The notes beneath the pieces were generated by a model, which made no database searches, was not told the origin of the DNA, and saw only the letters and a list, made by a program, of their open reading frames with translations. From contig CAWIEK010000034.1 in NCBI GenBank assembly GCA_963835065.1, positions 1 to 64,000 of the forward strand: 64,000 nucleotides of DNA, written 5' to 3'. Shown here in pieces: positions 20,173 to 29,767 of this stretch (positions are counted from its first letter, which is position 1; each line of letters starts with the position of its first letter). The DNA is from an uncultured Chthonomonadaceae bacterium (GTDB lineage: Bacteria; Armatimonadota; Chthonomonadetes; Chthonomonadales; Chthonomonadaceae). The position numbers and the translations under genes were made by a program.

Positions 20173-22609
20173 TATTCGCGTTCGATTAGCGCGGACGCGC
20201 CGCCCTTGTGACGATTGCGGCCTGCCCATCCCTGACTAATGCCCCGGCGCGGCTGATGCTGCGCGGCCTGTATCGCGCTCCAATCTATGCCGCAATCCCG
20301 CAGGTAGCAGTCTATCGCTTTTTCAAGCGGCTGCAGTATCTGCCCCCGTTCCGTGCCCAGTACCGTGTAAAGCGGACGCCGGGCGGTCAGGCGCAGGGCG
20401 CGGGTGGGACAGCCTTGCAGGGTTGCCGGCTCGATGCCCGCCCGTTCCGCCGCCATACGCGCCCATTGTTCCCACGTGACCGCGCCTTCGTTCGCCAGAT
20501 GCCACACGCCATTTGCGCCGTCAATCAGCAGGTCGAGGCAGGCGTGAACCAAATCCGGCACGGATGTTGGCGAAACCGTCGCGTCGTTGGAAGCGAGAAA
20601 CGGCTCCCCCTCCGCCAACGCCCGAGCGCGTTGGCAAGGAAATGACACCCGTTCCACGGACTGAAAAACGCGCCCGCGCGGATGATCAGCGCGTCCGGCA
20701 AAATCTCCCGTACCAGCGACTCGGCCTTGCCCTTGCTTCTGCCGTAAATGTTCATGGGCGTGGGCGTGTCGCTTTCCACGTAGGGCCTGTCCTGTCGCCC
20801 ATTGAACACCAGATCGGAAGAAAACGTCAGCAGCGCGATGCCCAGGCGCTTACATTCCGCCGCCAGCAAGGCCGGTCCCGCCGTATTGGTCTGGTAACAC
20901 GCCGTTTCGTCTCCCTCCGCCCGATCCAAATCCAGATACCCCGCCGCGTTGACAACCGCCCAGGGACGATGCCGCGCCAACTGCGCTTCCACGGAAGCCA
21001 CGTCCGTAATGTCCATGTCGGAACGTCCGAGCGCGACGTGCGGAATACGGCGCATGTGGCACAAACGCGCAAACGCATAGCCCAGAGTTCCATTCGCGCC
21101 CGCAATCAGCAGCGGACGCGCGTCCACGCGCCGAACGCGCCGGTTTTCCAATTCCGCAAGGACAACTTTAGAGGAACGCTTTTCCGATTTCGTTGTTCCC
21201 GCTGTTCCCGCCTCGCGCGCTTCGGCGCGATGCTGTTCCTGCCGCCGCAATTCCTGAAGTCGCGTTAAATTCAAATCTTCCAGAGGATACAGGACGCGCT
21301 GCGGTTCGCGCCACCATCCGGGCGCGGACAAAACGGGGTGCGCAGCTTCCTGCCCGTCCGCCAACTGCCGCATCAGCCCCGCTAAGGCCGTCGGGCGCGG
21401 CTTGCCGTCCCGCACATCGAACACGCCTGGCTCGTAATTCCCCCGAAAGCGCGTGAGCAGGCTGTCCCAATCGTAGGAGCCGAGCAGCGCCCAAACCGTC
21501 ACGGCCCGCGCGTCTATACCCTTCGCGCAGGCATTCCGCGCCGCCTGCCACGCTTCCCAAAGCCAGCGCATTTGTTCCTCGCGGAAACAGCCTAAGTGCG
21601 CTTCCGTAATCGCAATCGGCAGGCCGTACCGCTCCCACGTTTCCGCCAGAATGCCGCCAACGCCCGCCGTGCCTTCCGCCAAAACCCGGACGGCTTCCAC
21701 ATCCGCATAGCGATCACGCCCGTTGCCGGCATGGGTATGCAGGGGATACCGTTCGCGGCGCTCGTCCAGAAACCGCTCGCTCGTTAAATAGTGGTTGACG
21801 CCGATAATGTCCGGCGGGCAGGGATTTTCCAGAAACCAATGGAGTTCCTGTTCGCCGATGCCGCAGCCGATTAAATGCCCCCACATGCGGTGCTGCCAGT
21901 CAATCCGCCCGCACAGCAAATCCCACGTCAGCCAGCGCCGCTCGTTTTCAAAATCCGCCTGATACTGCAAACGCGGCGTACTATACGTTTTGCCTAAATC
22001 ATCCGTTTGTATCAGGCGCGCGGCAGGATTGACATGCCGAATAGCCTGCATGGATTTTGCCACTGCCCAGCATTGATTGACGACCGCGCGGGCAAAGCAC
22101 GCCTCGTCCGTGCCGTGCGGATACCAATGTCCGTATAATCCGCTGAACCGTGCGGTCGTCAGCGGCTCATTTACGGGCGTCCAATCCTGAACCCAGGGAT
22201 AGCGCTCGGCCACGCGCCGCGCGTGTGCCGCCAGCCCGTCCGCGAAATCGGGGGAAACCAGACTGGTGTGGCGCGGCCCGCTGCCGTGATGCACGAGGCC
22301 GACAATCGGGCGAATATCCAGCGCGCGCAGGCGCTCCAACCGCGCATCCGCCCATTCCCATGCGCCTGTCTGCGCATTGCCGTTTTCCTTATAAGGAGCG
22401 CCATTATCAGCGTCCGCAAACCGCTCCCACAAAATCGGATAGCGCAGGGCGCGGATGCCAAGAGCGGCGAACAAGTCCAGGTCTTCCAAACGGTCTGCGT
22501 GTCCATTGCGGGCAAGCTGATCGTTATATGTATCCTGAACGCGATTGATAGTACATTCGATACCGGCCCAAAGCTGCGGGGCGGGGCCGGGTTGGTGTTG
22601 CGATTTCAA
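20172..22609 (-). CDS. GH1-like glycoside hydrolase fused to an RmlD-like reductase (frameshift near 20625)
   Basis: GH1 TPVNEP and ITEAH motifs; SDR GANGTLG, VNAAGY, SSDLVF and YGRSK; RmlD C-terminus (VSPTSVPDL, WHLAN, RRP) in ORF 20172-20657. Confidence 0.8.
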
Positions 22610-22749
22610 ATAAGTTCTCCCTGTACCATCCCTGAAAAGCCGTTCCTATCCTTAAAATGCCGGTGTTCGGTGTTTGGTGTTCGGTGTTCGGTCAGTCCAG
22701 CATCTTCATGCTCTCAGGTGAACGCCGTTCATGCCGGCTGTTCTAGCTA

Positions 22750-23893
22750 ACGAGTTGTGCTAGTTTTCAGTGTACATGTTTGTCTACATGGTTTCTGTGC
22801 TGTATTCACACGGCATAGCGCGTGACGTTCATGGGAGACAGTCCCAGTACGTCATTGAAGTAGCGCGCCAGCGAAAACGCGGTTGCCTTCGCCTGAGTGC
22901 GGCGATAGAGGCCGATGTCGGTTCGCACCAGCAGATGCTCAATGCTCATGTTTTCCGTTAAGACGCTGATCACGCCTTCAATGGGCTTACGCAGTTTGTC
23001 GAGGATGTGCTGAAAAAACGGCGTTTCGCGGTCTTTGTAGTCGCGCTGGCGTACCAGCAGGGTCAGGTTGAGCAGGCTTTTGGCCGCTTGCTTGAGCGCT
23101 TTGCTGACAAAGCCTTTGTCCATGAGCCATTCCTGCCCGCTCAGATCGCGTCCTTGGTCCTGGCACTCGTCGAGATAACCGGCGAGCAAATCCACATCGT
23201 GGAGGTAGCCTGGCGCTAAGAACAGATCGTCAATGTAGCCGTTTTCAGTTAATAGCAAGCCGGGATGCAGGCCAAAGTAGTATTCCTGCTTGCTGCTGTT
23301 GAAGCCGAAGCTGCTGCCGGAGATGGGCTGCGTAGACTGCCGTATGCGATAACAGGCGCACAGCGGCATGGGAAAGCTGTCGAGCAGACGCAACGGCTGC
23401 ACATCTTCGCCCGCCCAACTCACAATACTGGCGCGCAAATGCCGCAGCACTTCGCGCACAGCTTGTGCTCGCCGACAAAAGCGGCTGTCTTCGGGCAGAT
23501 GCGGAAACAAGGCGCGATGGTTGGCGCGCACCTGTCGCAGCCACGCGCGTTCCCGGCGCACCTGACACAACTCGCCGACGAGCAAGACGGTCAGCACTTC
23601 GCTGTCGGCAAACTCGTTTTCGGTGGGGCCACGCCGCTTGCGGGGCTGATTAGAACTGCCGAAGCGAGCGTGCATCCACTCATCTACGAGACAATACACG
23701 ACTAAGAACAGGTCGGCACGGCTGAAATCGTGCCATAATGAAGGAACGGCAGGGTGAATAAACATGGGGGTCTCCTGAAAAGTTGGCGCTTGACAAGAGA
23801 CACGTTGTACATTTCCTCTGCCGTCTCCTCCTTAAGAAGAACCACTGCGCATTTACGTAGACATAGCACTACACTAAAAACTAGCACAACTGT
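22750..23893 (-). mobile_element. IS982-family insertion sequence
   Basis: Imperfect TIRs ACGAGTTGTGCTAGTTTTCAGTGTA and TACACTAAAAACTAGCACAACTGT; flanking 6-bp direct repeat TAGCTA at 22744-22749 and 23894-23899. Confidence 0.85.
22806..23765 (-). CDS. IS982-family DDE transposase
   Basis: DSEVLT, LDSFPMPLC, YYFG, DKGFVS and RKPIEGV. Confidence 0.88.
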   Translation of the reverse strand: MFIHPAVPSLWHDFSRADLFLVVYCLVDEWMHARFGSSNQPRKRRGPTENEFADSEVLTVLLVGELCQVRRERAWLRQVRANHRALFPHLPEDSRFCRRAQAVREVLRHLRASIVSWAGEDVQPLRLLDSFPMPLCACYRIRQSTQPISGSSFGFNSSKQEYYFGLHPGLLLTENGYIDDLFLAPGYLHDVDLLAGYLDECQDQGRDLSGQEWLMDKGFVSKALKQAAKSLLNLTLLVRQRDYKDRETPFFQHILDKLRKPIEGVISVLTENMSIEHLLVRTDIGLYRRTQAKATAFSLARYFNDVLGLSPMNVTRYAV

Positions 23894-23898
23894 TAGCT

Positions 23899-23997
23899 AT
23901 CTAATCTTTCAACTGTTGTACGGAAAGAAGCCGCGCCTTTAGAGTGAAATCCAGAGGTGTTACTTCCAATCTAATCTTTCAACCGTTGTACGGAAAG
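23899..23997. repeat. Two 29-bp direct repeats with a 41-bp spacer
   Basis: ATCTAATCTTTCAACYGTTGTACGGAAAG at 23899-23927 and 23969-23997, one mismatch. Confidence 0.85.
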
Positions 23998-24059
23998 GCT
24001 TCCTTTGCGGCGCAAGGCTTTGTGTTGCGATGCAAGGCTATGTGTTGCGACGCGGGGCT

Positions 24060-25013
24060 TTATCCCGCTTCGCCGACGGCGGCAGGTTCGTCGGCAACGG
24101 CAATGGTTTGCCCCGTTTTGCCGATGGCAAGGCTGGCGGGGCGGCACTGCGCCAAATCAAAGCAATCCTGATGGCTTAAAACATGCAGCGTGACGTTGTA
24201 CAGGGACAGCGCCGCGCCACGCGCCTCGTCAGCGATGTTGGAATACGTCACGTTGCCCGCATCCACCACATATACGGCTCCCTGCCCAAGCACCGTAAAG
24301 GATGCCTGCGCGTCTTCTACCACAATTGCCGTGTTTTCGTCAATGCCGATGCCCAGAATGCGCGGGTTTTGCGCCACCGCGCCGAGCAGACGCCCCATGC
24401 GCCCCCGTTCGGCGAAATGCTGGTCAATAATCACGTTCCGAATCAACCCCAGGCCGGGAGCCATCATCAAATCCCCGATGCGGTACGATTCCTCGCCCGT
24501 GCCGCGCACCAGCATGGTTTCGCACATGGCAGACGCGCCCGCCGATGTGCCCGCAATCAGGCCGCCCCCGTCGTAAATGGCCTGCATCCCACGCATAATC
24601 GGCGTATCCCCGATCTGGCTGGTGATTTTAAGCTGGTCGCCGCCCGTAAAGAACAATCCCGCCGCGCCTTCCAGCAGCGCGATTTTATCCTCCGCAAACG
24701 CTTCATGGCGGTCACGAATCGTGAGTTCTACCACTTCAGATACGCCTAACTCCTGAAAAACGCGCTGATACGGCTCGAAATACCCTTCCGGCTCATGCGA
24801 GGCAACCGTTGTCACCACGATCTTGCCCGAACCGATACGCCGCGCGATTTCATTCAGAATCACCTTTTCCCCGGACTTGTCTTCATGCCCGCCGATGATA
24901 ACGAGCGTTCCCGGCGTATGGCTTGTTTCTTGGAATTGCGTTTTGCCGCGCGCTTCCCTATCGGGCGTGTCGCGCTCCGTTCCATTTGTTTTGTGTCCAT
25001 TGACGCGAGTCAT
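24060..25013 (-). CDS. cphB: Cyanophycinase
   Basis: IIGGHEDK, FTGGDQ, GTSAGAS, DQHFAERGR and GIDENT; ATGA overlap with the upstream gene. Confidence 0.92.
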   Translation of the reverse strand: MTRVNGHKTNGTERDTPDREARGKTQFQETSHTPGTLVIIGGHEDKSGEKVILNEIARRIGSGKIVVTTVASHEPEGYFEPYQRVFQELGVSEVVELTIRDRHEAFAEDKIALLEGAAGLFFTGGDQLKITSQIGDTPIMRGMQAIYDGGGLIAGTSAGASAMCETMLVRGTGEESYRIGDLMMAPGLGLIRNVIIDQHFAERGRMGRLLGAVAQNPRILGIGIDENTAIVVEDAQASFTVLGQGAVYVVDAGNVTYSNIADEARGAALSLYNVTLHVLSHQDCFDLAQCRPASLAIGKTGQTIAVADEPAAVGEAG

Positions 25014-25921
25014 ACGTTTGCTCCGGTTTCTTCGCTTTTCTGGATATAGGCGCGCGGCGCGTCCATACGGTCGGTCCGATACCCGCAGGCCATTTGCGCG
25101 GAATTGTGCGCCCACCCGATATTCCCGGCGTGATCCAGCAGAATGCAGCCGGCTTCGCCTTCTGCGTATTCCGCCAGCATTTGTATCGCCGCCTGCGCCG
25201 CTGTTTCGACCGAGGGTTCCGTTTTACACCGGTCAATGACCCGCGCGGCCAGCGCGCTGCGCATGATGGCTTCGCCGTCGCCCGTCATGGCGCAGGCTCC
25301 TGTTCGGCTGTCGGCGTAGAAACCTGCGCCCACCGATGCGGAATCCCCCACGCGCCCCGGCATGTTGTTGCCTGTGCCGCCCGTGGAAACGCCGCAGGCC
25401 AGGCTGCCCGACAAGTCCAGCGCGACTGCGCCCACCGTGTTGGTTTCCGGTGGCTTTTCGGATGCCTGCTGCTGCTCCTTTTCCCACTCCTCCCGCTGTT
25501 CCCGCGTAATCATGGCGTCGGGATCGCACAGTTCCGCCCCGTTTTGCTCTGCGAACTGCCGCGCATACGGCCCGACAACCAATACCGGAGGTTGATCCAG
25601 CAGCAGGCGAGCAACTGAAATCGGGTGACGGACTCCGTCAATCGCGCCCACCGCGCCGGACTGACGCCTGCTGCCGTCCATAATCCCGGCATCCATACGC
25701 GCCTTGCCGTCGGCGTTCAAGACCGATCCGTAGCCCGCGTTAAACGTCGGGTCACTTTCCAAAACGCGAATGGCCGCTTCCACCGCGTCCAGGGCGCTGC
25801 CGCCCGCTTCCAGTATTTCCCAGCCCATGCGCAGGGCATTGATGCAGCCCTGTTTCGCCGCCGCGTGTTTTTCCTGCGGCCACGATTTAGCCCCGCCGTG
25901 AACAATCAGTGCGATACTCAT
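25010..25921 (-). CDS. iaaA: Isoaspartyl peptidase/L-asparaginase (Ntn hydrolase)
   Basis: IVHGGA, FNAGYG, TVGAVA (Thr nucleophile), STGG, GRVGDS and TGDGE; ATGA overlap with the cphA stop. Confidence 0.9.
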   Translation of the reverse strand: MSIALIVHGGAKSWPQEKHAAAKQGCINALRMGWEILEAGGSALDAVEAAIRVLESDPTFNAGYGSVLNADGKARMDAGIMDGSRRQSGAVGAIDGVRHPISVARLLLDQPPVLVVGPYARQFAEQNGAELCDPDAMITREQREEWEKEQQQASEKPPETNTVGAVALDLSGSLACGVSTGGTGNNMPGRVGDSASVGAGFYADSRTGACAMTGDGEAIMRSALAARVIDRCKTEPSVETAAQAAIQMLAEYAEGEAGCILLDHAGNIGWAHNSAQMACGYRTDRMDAPRAYIQKSEETGANV

Positions 25922-28900
25922 GCCTGCTCGTCCTTTCCGCCCGGTTTGGAAGGCGCGTACTGAAACGATGTGATGCGCTCCCAGCAGCCGTTGTAGTTGT
26001 CGCAGAAGACTAAAACCAGATCGTTGGGACGGGCGCGTTCCAGCGCGGCGGTGACAGCCGCGCACTCGTCGGTGACGTGCGTGATCTTGTCTTTTGCCAG
26101 CCCGCCCGCCAGAGCGCCCTCTTCAATCAATTGCGGAATCACGCCCTTCGGCCTGCCGCGCAGCAGGGTTGTCTCCTTGACAATCATCTCATCGGCAATT
26201 TCCGCCACAATCGCGCCCAGATCGCGCGTATCCTGATCGCGCCGATCTCCCGTGCCTGTCAGCACCGTAAGGACGCGGTTGTAGCGGGGCCGCATCCGTT
26301 TTACCAGGCCGATGAACTCGCGCATCCCGTCGGGGTTGTGCGCGTAATCCAGAATCACGCGGAACGGCAGCCCGTCGTAAATGTTCAGGCGTCCGGGGTT
26401 ATGCTCGAACGAGGTGACGAAAGTGCCCAAAGCCTTGCGAATAGTTTCTGGGGGAACGCCGAATCCATAGGTGATTGCCGCCGCCGCCAGCGCGTTTTGA
26501 ACGTTGAAGCGGGCCATGCCCTCGATGGTGGCGGGGATTTCATGCGCCCACAGCAGGGGGATGTACTGCTCGCCATCGTAGATGGTAAGCATTTCGCCCT
26601 TCAAGCCGGGCTGCAAAACAACCGCTTTGCCGCCCCCCGCGATATGACGGCGCAGATGTTCCGGGCTGTCCTCCCCGCCATGCATGGAAAAGAAGATCAG
26701 GCTGCCTTCCGCGCGCCGCCGCATCCGCGTGGTCAGCGGATCGTCGGCGTTGAGAACGCTGTGCCCGTCCTCCTGAACCACTTCCACGATCAGCGATTTG
26801 ACCCAGGCCAGGTCTTCAAGGGTTTCCACGCCTTTCAGCCCGAGATGGTCGGGCTGTATATTCAGCACGGCTCCCACATCGCAGCGGTCGAATCCCAACC
26901 CTTCGCGCAGAATGCCGCCCCGCGCCGTTTCCAGCACGGCCACGTCAATGGTCGGGTCTTGCAGCGTCATGCGCGCGCTTTTCGGGCCGGTCGTATCGCC
27001 CGACATCAGCAGGCTGTCATCAATATAAATGCCCGTAGACGTGGTCAGTCCCACGCGCTTGCCCGTAGCTTTGATGATGTGCGCCACCATACGGGACGTC
27101 GTGGTCTTGCCGTTTGTGCCTGTAATCGAGATCACGGGAATGCGGCAGGGCACGGGATCAGGGAACAGCATATCAATTACGGGTCGGGCGACGTTACGGC
27201 GCTTGCCTTCGGAGGGCTGCAGGTGCATCCGAAATCCGGGTCCCGCGTTCACTTCCACGATTCCGCCGCCCGCTTCGCACAGCGAACGGGTAATATCCGG
27301 GGCTACGATGTCAATGCCGGCCACATCCAGGCCGACAATGCGCGCGGCGCGTTCGCATATCTCGATGTTGTCCGGGTGCATTACATCGGTCACGTCAATG
27401 GCCGTGCCGCCCGTAGACATATTGGCCGTTGCGCGCAAATAGCACGTTTCGCCCTGCGGCAGCACGGTTTCCAGCGTATGCCCGGCCTGCGCCAGCAAAC
27501 GTTCCACCTGCGGGTCTACCGTAATGCGCGTCATGACTTTTTCGTGGCCCACGCCCCGGCGCGGGTCCTGATTGACGATTTCAATCAACTGCGCAATCGT
27601 GTGTTCGCCATCCCCGACAACATGCGCAGGCACGCGATGCGCCACCGCCACTACCTTGTAATTGACCACCAGAACACGGTAATCGTTGCCTCGAAAATAG
27701 CTTTCCACCAGGACCACGCGGCTGTGGAGCAATGCCTGCTCAAAGCCCCAGCGCGCCTGTTCGGCATCGGTGAGGTTCAGCGACACGCCGCGCCCGTGAT
27801 TGGCGTCCAGCGGCTTTGTGACAACCGGGTAGCCGATACGGTCCGCGGCGGCAACCGCTCCTTCCGGCGTTCGCGTTTCGATCTGCCGGGGCACGGGAAT
27901 GCCCGCGTCGGCCAGCAGCCGGATGGTAAGGGCCTTGTCGCCGGCGGTTTCCAGCGCGATATGTGAGGTCATTCCCGTAACACTGGCGCGGATACGCTGC
28001 TGATAGCGTCCGTACCCAAGCTGCACCAGGCTTTGGTCGTCCAGGCGCAGGGCGGGAATGCCGCGCCGCTTCGCTTCGTCCACAAGGGATTGCGTGGTCG
28101 GGCCAAGCGCCTGCCGCTCCGCCAGGCGGATGAGGGCTTCCAGTTCCGCTTTGAAATCAAACGGCGCGTCGGGCGCATCCACAAGCCGCGCATCCGAGGG
28201 GACAAACATTTCCAGTCCGGCGATGCCGCGCAGGTGGGCGGGCAGCAGCGAATCTATCAGCCGCAGCGCCATCCATCCGGCCAGCAGGCCGACGCGCTCT
28301 TCCAGGTAGGAATACACGACATTGTAAGTTCCCGGCTGCTCTTTCAGCTCGCGCGTCTTGCCATACGTGACGGGTGTTCCGGCCAGGCATTGCAGTTCCA
28401 TCGCCACATGCTCGGCCACATGCCCCAGCCACGTTCCCTCTTCCAATCGCCGGACAAACCCGCCCGGTTCGCCATACGAGCAGCCATGCTCATGCAGCGT
28501 GGGAACCAATTCCAGCAGGCGTTGGGTAAATCCCGGCAGGCGCGTTGTCGGGTACTGTTCCAGCGCGCCCAGATCCAGCATGAAGCGCACCACAGGCCGG
28601 TAGCCATACGGGTTCGGGCCGCGATACACGCGCGTTTCCACAATCTTCATGCGCTGCGCTTCCCCGGCAAGTTCCTGTCGGTCTTCCTGTTCCGCGTGGC
28701 GTCCGCCCCGTTCATGCGCGCCGGGTTCCTGCAACGGAAGGCTGAGTTCCTGATTCTGCGCCTCCATCCGTACAGGCACATTCGGGACTTGTTCTGAAAC
28801 CGTCGTATTTTCCATGTCTCTTCCTTCACGTATCCAATTTTGGCAGGTATCATTCCCCGTAAGCGGGCTGGCGGAGATACAGCAATCCGTGTCTTGCGCA

Positions 28901-29037
28901 GCCGACGTTTGTTCCCCCTGTGGAACCGCTTCCTGGCGCGTTGTCAGCGCGCCATTGGCTTGCATTTGCGCCCTGTTGTGAGCAGGGTCGGCGAGTCGCA
29001 GCGAAGTAATCTTAACATCCGGCGTGATGGGCATCAT
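25918..29037 (-). CDS. cphA: Cyanophycin synthetase (start uncertain: 29037, 28815 or 28650)
   Basis: RGPN, HGCS...GTWLGHVAEH, LGPTT, QLGYG, ATP-grasp KPLDANHGRGV, EVNAGPGFRMH, Mur-like GTNGKTT and DYAHN. Confidence 0.95.
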   Translation of the reverse strand: MMPITPDVKITSLRLADPAHNRAQMQANGALTTRQEAVPQGEQTSAAQDTDCCISASPLTGNDTCQNWIREGRDMENTTVSEQVPNVPVRMEAQNQELSLPLQEPGAHERGGRHAEQEDRQELAGEAQRMKIVETRVYRGPNPYGYRPVVRFMLDLGALEQYPTTRLPGFTQRLLELVPTLHEHGCSYGEPGGFVRRLEEGTWLGHVAEHVAMELQCLAGTPVTYGKTRELKEQPGTYNVVYSYLEERVGLLAGWMALRLIDSLLPAHLRGIAGLEMFVPSDARLVDAPDAPFDFKAELEALIRLAERQALGPTTQSLVDEAKRRGIPALRLDDQSLVQLGYGRYQQRIRASVTGMTSHIALETAGDKALTIRLLADAGIPVPRQIETRTPEGAVAAADRIGYPVVTKPLDANHGRGVSLNLTDAEQARWGFEQALLHSRVVLVESYFRGNDYRVLVVNYKVVAVAHRVPAHVVGDGEHTIAQLIEIVNQDPRRGVGHEKVMTRITVDPQVERLLAQAGHTLETVLPQGETCYLRATANMSTGGTAIDVTDVMHPDNIEICERAARIVGLDVAGIDIVAPDITRSLCEAGGGIVEVNAGPGFRMHLQPSEGKRRNVARPVIDMLFPDPVPCRIPVISITGTNGKTTTSRMVAHIIKATGKRVGLTTSTGIYIDDSLLMSGDTTGPKSARMTLQDPTIDVAVLETARGGILREGLGFDRCDVGAVLNIQPDHLGLKGVETLEDLAWVKSLIVEVVQEDGHSVLNADDPLTTRMRRRAEGSLIFFSMHGGEDSPEHLRRHIAGGGKAVVLQPGLKGEMLTIYDGEQYIPLLWAHEIPATIEGMARFNVQNALAAAAITYGFGVPPETIRKALGTFVTSFEHNPGRLNIYDGLPFRVILDYAHNPDGMREFIGLVKRMRPRYNRVLTVLTGTGDRRDQDTRDLGAIVAEIADEMIVKETTLLRGRPKGVIPQLIEEGALAGGLAKDKITHVTDECAAVTAALERARPNDLVLVFCDNYNGCWERITSFQYAPSKPGGKDEQA

Positions 29038-29237
29038 TGCTCCTCCCCTGATGGCGGTGGTATTCAAAAGTTTGTGCTATCATGGTACAGGAAGCGTCGG
29101 CGCGGGACAGGGCCGGCATTTGCAAGTTCATGAGGCAGCACTCTGTTACACGTACACAGGCAGGGAGATATTGCCAACCTTTCTCTTACAAAATATCTAT
29201 TTTCAACCGTGAAATTGGTTAGAGGACAAGCCAAACC

Positions 29238-29750
29238 ATGAAGGAACCGGCAGATAAACACAGGAAAGCAGACACCATGGAGGAGGCGCGCGCTGTCGCC
29301 TATCGCTTCTTAGGATACGCCGCCCGCAGCCGCAGCGAAATCGAAAAGCGTTTGGAGCGCGACGAGTTTACGCCCGAAATCATTGCTGCCATCCTCGCCG
29401 AGTGCGAAGCGCAGGGGTGGGTAGACGATACCAAATTCGCCGGCGACTGGATTGCGGATCGCGCCGACCGCAAGAAGTACGGCAAAACGCGCTTGAAAAT
29501 GGAATTGCAGCGCAAGGGGATTGACAAGGAGACGCTGAACGAAGCCTTAGACAAGGTGGACGACGAGGACGAATTCAAACGCGCCCTTGCCGCCGCGCAG
29601 TCCAAATGGCGTCCCGACACGTTTTTCGGCCTGCCACGCGACGCGCAGCAAGCCGAAAAACAAAGATTATCCAACTTTTTAATGCGGCGCGGCTTCACAT
29701 GGGCAACAATCAAGCAGGTATTGGCCGAATTAGCGCCCAGAGACGACTGA
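29238..29750 (+). CDS. recX: RecX regulatory protein
   Basis: RSRSEIEKRL, VDDTKFA, G..RLKMELQRKGI and FLMRRGF. Confidence 0.85.
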   Translation: MKEPADKHRKADTMEEARAVAYRFLGYAARSRSEIEKRLERDEFTPEIIAAILAECEAQGWVDDTKFAGDWIADRADRKKYGKTRLKMELQRKGIDKETLNEALDKVDDEDEFKRALAAAQSKWRPDTFFGLPRDAQQAEKQRLSNFLMRRGFTWATIKQVLAELAPRDD

Positions 29751-29767
29751 CATCTATTTTCGTCGGG

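Noticed and set aside
23899..23997. CRISPR array call
   Set aside because: Only two repeats, no third copy across the IS, no cas genes or leader. Kept as an unexplained repeat.
26077..27966. 629-aa plus-strand ORF and similar long antisense ORFs (7360-8727, 11593-13182, 53598-54968, 55023-56636, 57251-59506)
   Set aside because: Shadow ORFs opposite well-supported genes in GC-rich DNA, with no motifs.
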